Part shown: positions 34,975-39,478 of the stretch, piece by piece
How the letters are laid out: each line of letters opens with the position of its first letter
Numbering within the stretch: the first letter of the stretch is position 1
Assembly (NCBI GenBank): GCA_050305935.1
Contig: JBNLGG010000040.1
Location: 1 to 39,478 of the forward strand
Direction: 5' to 3'
Length of the DNA: 39,478 nt
DNA from: Cyclobacteriaceae bacterium
Lineage (GTDB): Bacteria; Bacteroidota; Bacteroidia; Cytophagales; Cyclobacteriaceae
Notes under the pieces: model-generated
What the model saw: the letters and a program-made list of their open reading frames with translations, nothing else
The model's database searches: none
Told to the model about the DNA's origin: nothing
Translations under genes and position numbers: made by a program

Positions 34975-37149
34975 ATGAAAAAGATCTTTATATTCCTTTT
35001 AGTTCTTTTTATTCTCATTCTGGCCATTTCATTCACCTCCCCCTTTCTTATTAAAAATCAGTTTAACAAGAAATCAAGGGAATTGATTGGGAGGCAGGCC
35101 ACGCTTGAATCGTTTGCCTTTAATCCCTTCACCTGTGCGGTAACTGCTAAAAACCTTCAGGTGCTTGAGGAAGATGATTCCGCTCTTTTTGCCGGGTTTC
35201 GATCGTTCTACATTAACGTGAATTTTTCAAAACTCATCATTGGGAAGTTTCAAATAGAAGAAGTTACCCTGGACAGTCCTTATGTGAATGTGATCAACCA
35301 AGCCGGGATTTTTAACCTTAATGACCTCATACCTAAGAAAGATTCGACCCTTATCGAAGAGGCGTCTGAATCTAATGATTTTGAATTTGAAATACTTAAT
35401 CTTAGGATGTCAAAGGGAAAGGTGGTGTACTACGAAAAAGACATTGATCACACCATCATCATGGACGATCTTTCGTTCCGCCTGCCCAGGTTTGCCTACA
35501 ACAGCCGTTCGGCTAATATGGACATTCAGTTTATCATTGATGAATCGGGGGTATTAGCTATCAGCAACAGTTTTTTTCCTGATGAAAGCCGGTTTATCAG
35601 TCACATTAAATTATCTAACCTGAATATAAACCTGGCCGAACCTTATGCAAAAGATTATTTGGCGACCAATGACATCAATGGCAAGGCGAATTGTGACATA
35701 AACCTTATCGGTGAATTCAAGGAAAAAAGCCAATTGAAGATAAATGGGCTGGCCTGGCTAACCAACCTTGAAGTAAAAGATACTTCCAGCTTACCACTGT
35801 TCACCGCTGACTCAGTAGGCGTTAAAATGAAGAACATAGATCTTTTTGGAAATCGATACGCCATCAATAAAGTAATGGTGAGGAATTTTTTTCTTCGGTT
35901 TGATATGATGGACAGCACGAATAGCTTGTTGCAGGCGTTTGCCCCCGTCCTGATCACCGATACCGCGACGACTACCTTGCAGGATTCCCTCCAACCAGAA
36001 ACAGATTTGTATTATGGCATTGACTCATTTATTATCTCTGGAGGCTCCATTAAATACCGGGATTATTCGCTGGATAATTATTTTGAATACGATATCATCA
36101 ATATCTCTGCACTTGCAGACAACATCAGTAGTACATCCCGGGGGGCCAAATTGAGCAGCATCGGAGTACTAAACCAGCGGGGAAGATATGATGCCAACTT
36201 GATTTTCGAACCGAACGATCCACTCAATTTCGACCTGAATTTTGCCGTTAAAGGATTTCAAATGCAAGATCTGAGCCCTTTTTCGTTGACATATGCCGGG
36301 CATCCCATCTTTAAAGGCGAATTGATTTATTCGGGTAAAACCACAGTAAAACAAGGGATAGTGGACAGCCAAAACAAGATGACCATTTATAACCTACAGG
36401 TGGGTGATAAAGCATCCAAAAAGGTATTGTACGAAATGCCTCTGAAGTTTGCTGTATTTCTGCTAAAAGACAAGGATGGCGTCGTCAACCTTGACCTGGC
36501 CATGGATGGGAATATGAATGACCCCAATTTCAAATTTAGCCCGTTGATCTGGCAAATGATCCGTCAAAACCTGCTGAAAATCGTAGCCGCCCCTGGCAAG
36601 CTCCTGGCCTCACAATTTGGCATGAACGAAGAAGATATCCGTTACCTGTCATTTGAACAACTTGACACAACACTCACCGAAGAATCGGCCAATACACTGA
36701 TCAAACTCCAGGAAATATTAGACAACAAGCCGGGACTTATCATTGATCTGGATTATTATTCGCCAGATGATATGGACATCAGAAATATCGCTTTGATAAA
36801 AGCCAAGACCTTTTATATCAAGGAAAAATTTAAACCCAAATCCCAGGAACAGCTTGTTAAAAAGGTGGAAACTACGTCTGACAACGATATTCACTTTCTC
36901 ACATTCATGAGAAAAGAACTGGAAATCTCCACCGCCCCTGACGACAGCCTTGCGATCGAATGGGTGGGAGCGGAAAACCTGCTGGCTGAATACACGGCCC
37001 TTCAGGTCAAACGAAAGGAAGCCATCCAGCAGCATCTAAGCCTGACAGACCCTCTATACTTGCAACATTTCCGTTTTTCAGAGCAAATGGAACCTCCTAA
37101 GTTTGAAACAGACAAGAGCGGTTTCATTGTGAATTTTGAAATGGAATAA
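34975..37149 (+). CDS. AsmA-like / DUF748-type large membrane-anchored protein
   Basis: 724 aa. N-terminal TM anchor and long beta-rich body; composition typical of AsmA-like proteins. Confidence 0.5.
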   Translation: MKKIFIFLLVLFILILAISFTSPFLIKNQFNKKSRELIGRQATLESFAFNPFTCAVTAKNLQVLEEDDSALFAGFRSFYINVNFSKLIIGKFQIEEVTLDSPYVNVINQAGIFNLNDLIPKKDSTLIEEASESNDFEFEILNLRMSKGKVVYYEKDIDHTIIMDDLSFRLPRFAYNSRSANMDIQFIIDESGVLAISNSFFPDESRFISHIKLSNLNINLAEPYAKDYLATNDINGKANCDINLIGEFKEKSQLKINGLAWLTNLEVKDTSSLPLFTADSVGVKMKNIDLFGNRYAINKVMVRNFFLRFDMMDSTNSLLQAFAPVLITDTATTTLQDSLQPETDLYYGIDSFIISGGSIKYRDYSLDNYFEYDIINISALADNISSTSRGAKLSSIGVLNQRGRYDANLIFEPNDPLNFDLNFAVKGFQMQDLSPFSLTYAGHPIFKGELIYSGKTTVKQGIVDSQNKMTIYNLQVGDKASKKVLYEMPLKFAVFLLKDKDGVVNLDLAMDGNMNDPNFKFSPLIWQMIRQNLLKIVAAPGKLLASQFGMNEEDIRYLSFEQLDTTLTEESANTLIKLQEILDNKPGLIIDLDYYSPDDMDIRNIALIKAKTFYIKEKFKPKSQEQLVKKVETTSDNDIHFLTFMRKELEISTAPDDSLAIEWVGAENLLAEYTALQVKRKEAIQQHLSLTDPLYLQHFRFSEQMEPPKFETDKSGFIVNFEME

Positions 37150-37230
37150 AAACATCAATGAATTAAGGGAATTCACCCAGAGGCATGAAAGTCGTCTAAC
37201 TATTCCAAGTGGTCGGAAGACCGGATTTTC

Positions 37231-37263
37231 AAAAAAAAGGCAGCCCTCTGGCTGCCTTGATTT
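37231..37263. terminator. bidirectional rho-independent terminator between the AsmA-like gene and flotillin
   Basis: AAAAAAAA-GGCAGCC ctct GGCTGCC-TTGATTT. An A-run lies upstream and a T-run downstream. Confidence 0.75.
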
Positions 37264-37264
37264 A

Positions 37265-38905
37265 CTAGGATTTAGAGCTATCACCTTTCGGTGGTTGATT
37301 AGGTTTCTTTTTTGGTGCCTCTTCAATCTCTCTTTTTACAGGAACCTTCCTATCTGCGACAACCTTTTCCTTCACTTCCTCAACCTTTGCATCCTCTGTT
37401 TTCCCTTGAAGAAATCCGGGAAGATCCATTCCAGCCATTTTGAATAAATCCTGCATTGGGGGCAAAGATTTAGCCAATCCTGATAAAAACCCGGAAGTGG
37501 CACTGCCATCTTTGCTATTGCCATCCCAAACGGTGACTTTATCGATCTTGATGTTTTTGATCGCATCCACCTGCGTTCTCACTAATTCAGGTAGCTTATC
37601 CGCAATCATCAGCAGCACAGCATCCCTGGAGTTATCACCAGCGGCGCTGACGATCTTGTCAAACCCTTCTGCTTGTTTGCTCAGGATTTCCAGCATACCT
37701 TTTGCCTCCGCCTGCATTTTAAAGTAGATGGCGTCTGCATCTCCTTTTGCCCTTCTTCGGGTAGCTTCCGCTTCAGCTTCGGCATCGATTTCCATTTTTT
37801 CTTTGGCAATCTGAGATGGCACAATGATGTCAGCCGTTTGAGATGCTTTATCCCTTTCAGCCCTGGCTGTTTCAGCTTTTTGCTCCTGAACATAGGCTTC
37901 TTCCAAAGCTTTCGCTGTACTTACTTTTTCAGCAGCTATAGCTTTTCTTTGGGCCTCGGCCTCTTTTTCCCTTCTTTCGGCTTCTGAATTGGCAATATCA
38001 ATTTTCGCTTTGTTTTCACCTTCTACCGCCCGGGCATTGGCATCAGATACGGATATCCTTTCCAGTTTATGAGCTTCGGCAGCTCCTACCCTCGCCTGAG
38101 CTTCAGATTCAGCCTCCCCGATTTTTGCTTTTGAATCAGCGGCGGCCATTTCAATTCTTTCCCTTTTTTGGGCTTCGGCTTCCCCGATTTTAGCTTCAGC
38201 ATTTAAAGCAGAAACCTTGATTCGCTGTTCCTGTACCGCGGCAGCTTCACCAATGGAACCATCCCTGGTTTTCTCAGCTACACTTTGTCGGGCATCATTA
38301 ATGGCTTTCGCGGCTGCTTCCTTACCTAAAGCTTCGATATACCCGGACTCATCTTTAATGTCCGTAACGTTTACGTTGATAAGCTTCAATCCAATTTTCT
38401 TCAATTCCGCCTCCACGTTGGACGCAACGTTGGCCAAAAACTTATCACGGTTACTGTTGATTTCCTCAATATCCATGGTAGCAACTACCAAACGCAATTG
38501 ACCGAATATGATATCTTTAGCCAAATCATGGATTTGCTCTCGTGACAGTCCCAATAGCCTTTCAGCGGCGTTGTTCATTACTCCGGGTTCTGTAGAAATA
38601 CCTACCGTAAACCTGGAGGGCACATCCACCCTGATATTTTGCCTGGAAAGGGCGTTGGTCAGATTAACTTCAATGGAGATAGGAATCAATTCCAAAAACT
38701 CATAATCCTGAATAACAGGCCAAACAAAAGCTGCACCTCCGTGAATACACTTGGCAGTTCTTGTACCATCGGGACTGGATCCTACCTTCCCGTACACGAC
38801 TAAAATCCGATCTGAAGGGCAACGCTTGTACCTGCTGACCCACCATGAAACAATGACTATAAAAAATATTATAGCAACTACGATTAAAATTACTAGTTGA
38901 GGCAT
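37265..38905 (-). CDS. flotillin (SPFH/band-7 family)
   Basis: N-terminal TM, SPFH domain, long EA-rich coiled-coil repeats, C-terminal flotillin region. Confidence 0.85.
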   Translation of the reverse strand: MPQLVILIVVAIIFFIVIVSWWVSRYKRCPSDRILVVYGKVGSSPDGTRTAKCIHGGAAFVWPVIQDYEFLELIPISIEVNLTNALSRQNIRVDVPSRFTVGISTEPGVMNNAAERLLGLSREQIHDLAKDIIFGQLRLVVATMDIEEINSNRDKFLANVASNVEAELKKIGLKLINVNVTDIKDESGYIEALGKEAAAKAINDARQSVAEKTRDGSIGEAAAVQEQRIKVSALNAEAKIGEAEAQKRERIEMAAADSKAKIGEAESEAQARVGAAEAHKLERISVSDANARAVEGENKAKIDIANSEAERREKEAEAQRKAIAAEKVSTAKALEEAYVQEQKAETARAERDKASQTADIIVPSQIAKEKMEIDAEAEAEATRRRAKGDADAIYFKMQAEAKGMLEILSKQAEGFDKIVSAAGDNSRDAVLLMIADKLPELVRTQVDAIKNIKIDKVTVWDGNSKDGSATSGFLSGLAKSLPPMQDLFKMAGMDLPGFLQGKTEDAKVEEVKEKVVADRKVPVKREIEEAPKKKPNQPPKGDSSKS

Positions 38906-38909
38906 CTGG

Positions 38910-39473
38910 TTAATAGTTTACTTTAGTGACTAATAAATATTGATTGTTAATAATTTCTAAAACTTGGATCAATGACCCTGTAGGGATTTCACTTTCATCA
39001 TCTGTAAGCGCATCAAGTTCACGCAGGTTTCCCTGGATGTTCACCTGTACCTTACCCACACCCTGTCTCTCTGCTGGAATCCTAAGGTACACCTCTCCGG
39101 TTTTGTCGATCGCATTGTCCATGATCATGGTGCCACTTTCGTGCATCCTTGTGAGATAATACATCAGATAGGAAACGATAAACATCATGGCCGTACCGGC
39201 AACTCCGCTTATGATCAGAGTGAGAAACATACCCAATCCGGAATCGACACATGCCAATCCGGCCCAGGCAAAAATGGTTAAAAACCCCAAAATGGATTTA
39301 AATGAAAATACCGTAAAACCAGTATCTCCATCAAGATCTGCATCAATATCGGGCTCAGCGTCAATATCTGCATCGACGTCTGCCCCAACGATGGTGAGAA
39401 CAAGCTGAACAATGAGCAAGGCTGTAGATGGGATAGCGATTACCCAATACACTTTTTCCAGAGCGGTAAGCAC
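38910..39473 (-). CDS. NfeD-like membrane protein (YqiJ-type flotillin partner)
   Basis: Immediately upstream of flotillin. TM helices, an acidic D/A repeat (DVDADIDAEPDIDADLDGD) and a C-terminal OB-fold-like segment. Confidence 0.6.
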   Translation of the reverse strand: MLTALEKVYWVIAIPSTALLIVQLVLTIVGADVDADIDAEPDIDADLDGDTGFTVFSFKSILGFLTIFAWAGLACVDSGLGMFLTLIISGVAGTAMMFIVSYLMYYLTRMHESGTMIMDNAIDKTGEVYLRIPAERQGVGKVQVNIQGNLRELDALTDDESEIPTGSLIQVLEIINNQYLLVTKVNY

Positions 39474-39478
39474 AGCCC

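Noticed and set aside
1291-39478. tRNA/rRNA genes and prophage/integrase signatures
   Set aside because: No T-loop/acceptor-stem-like GTTCRANYC segments in any intergenic region. No integrase, transposase or phage structural ORFs. Coding density is otherwise housekeeping-like.

Overview
This 39.5-kb window looks like a chromosomal segment from a Bacteroidetes-type genome. The inference rests on gene content and context: an lpxK-porin operon, a Nif3/zinc-ribbon pair, a fused otsA-otsB gene, lipobox signal peptides and no Shine-Dalgarno reliance. Coding density is high and most of the window is housekeeping: a PhoA-like alkaline phosphatase, a MenC-like enolase, MiaE, LpxK, Nif3, DnaB, Mpl, a DnaQ-like exonuclease, OtsAB, a GH3 beta-glucosidase, an aldo/keto reductase and a flotillin/NfeD pair. 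I found no rRNA, tRNA, CRISPR array or prophage. Between the housekeeping genes sit five accessory or unusual patches:
(1) 22.0-26.5 kb is a glycan-modification island containing a SAM methyltransferase, a GT9 glycosyltransferase and a GT11-like glycosyltransferase. A markedly AT-rich orphan gene there has replaced the 5' part of an MBL-fold hydrolase gene. The block is bracketed by four copies of a 20-bp REP-like palindrome (GGTCTGTCAGGGGACAGACC). A 565-bp divergent intergenic region carries two ~135-bp direct repeats and two ~40-bp direct repeats.
(2) 27.2-31.1 kb carries an enolase-superfamily dehydratase with a Tat signal, an RraA-fold protein with a Sec signal and a BASS-family permease. 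Together they suggest a candidate periplasmic sugar-acid dehydratase/aldolase module.
(3) 31.05-32.4 kb is a 1.3-kb non-coding patch with two copies of a ~125-bp MITE-like element with terminal inverted repeats. The copies flank an AT-rich orphan ORF.
(4) 4.3-6.1 kb holds tandem, strongly diverged secreted paralogs. A 63-bp copy of the miaE 3' end follows one paralog in frame.
(5) The phoA leader contains interleaved hairpins. DnaB carries an SSB-C-terminus-like tail. A cluster of DnaA boxes lies upstream of dnaB.
Coordinates of hand-located elements may be off by 1-2 nt.
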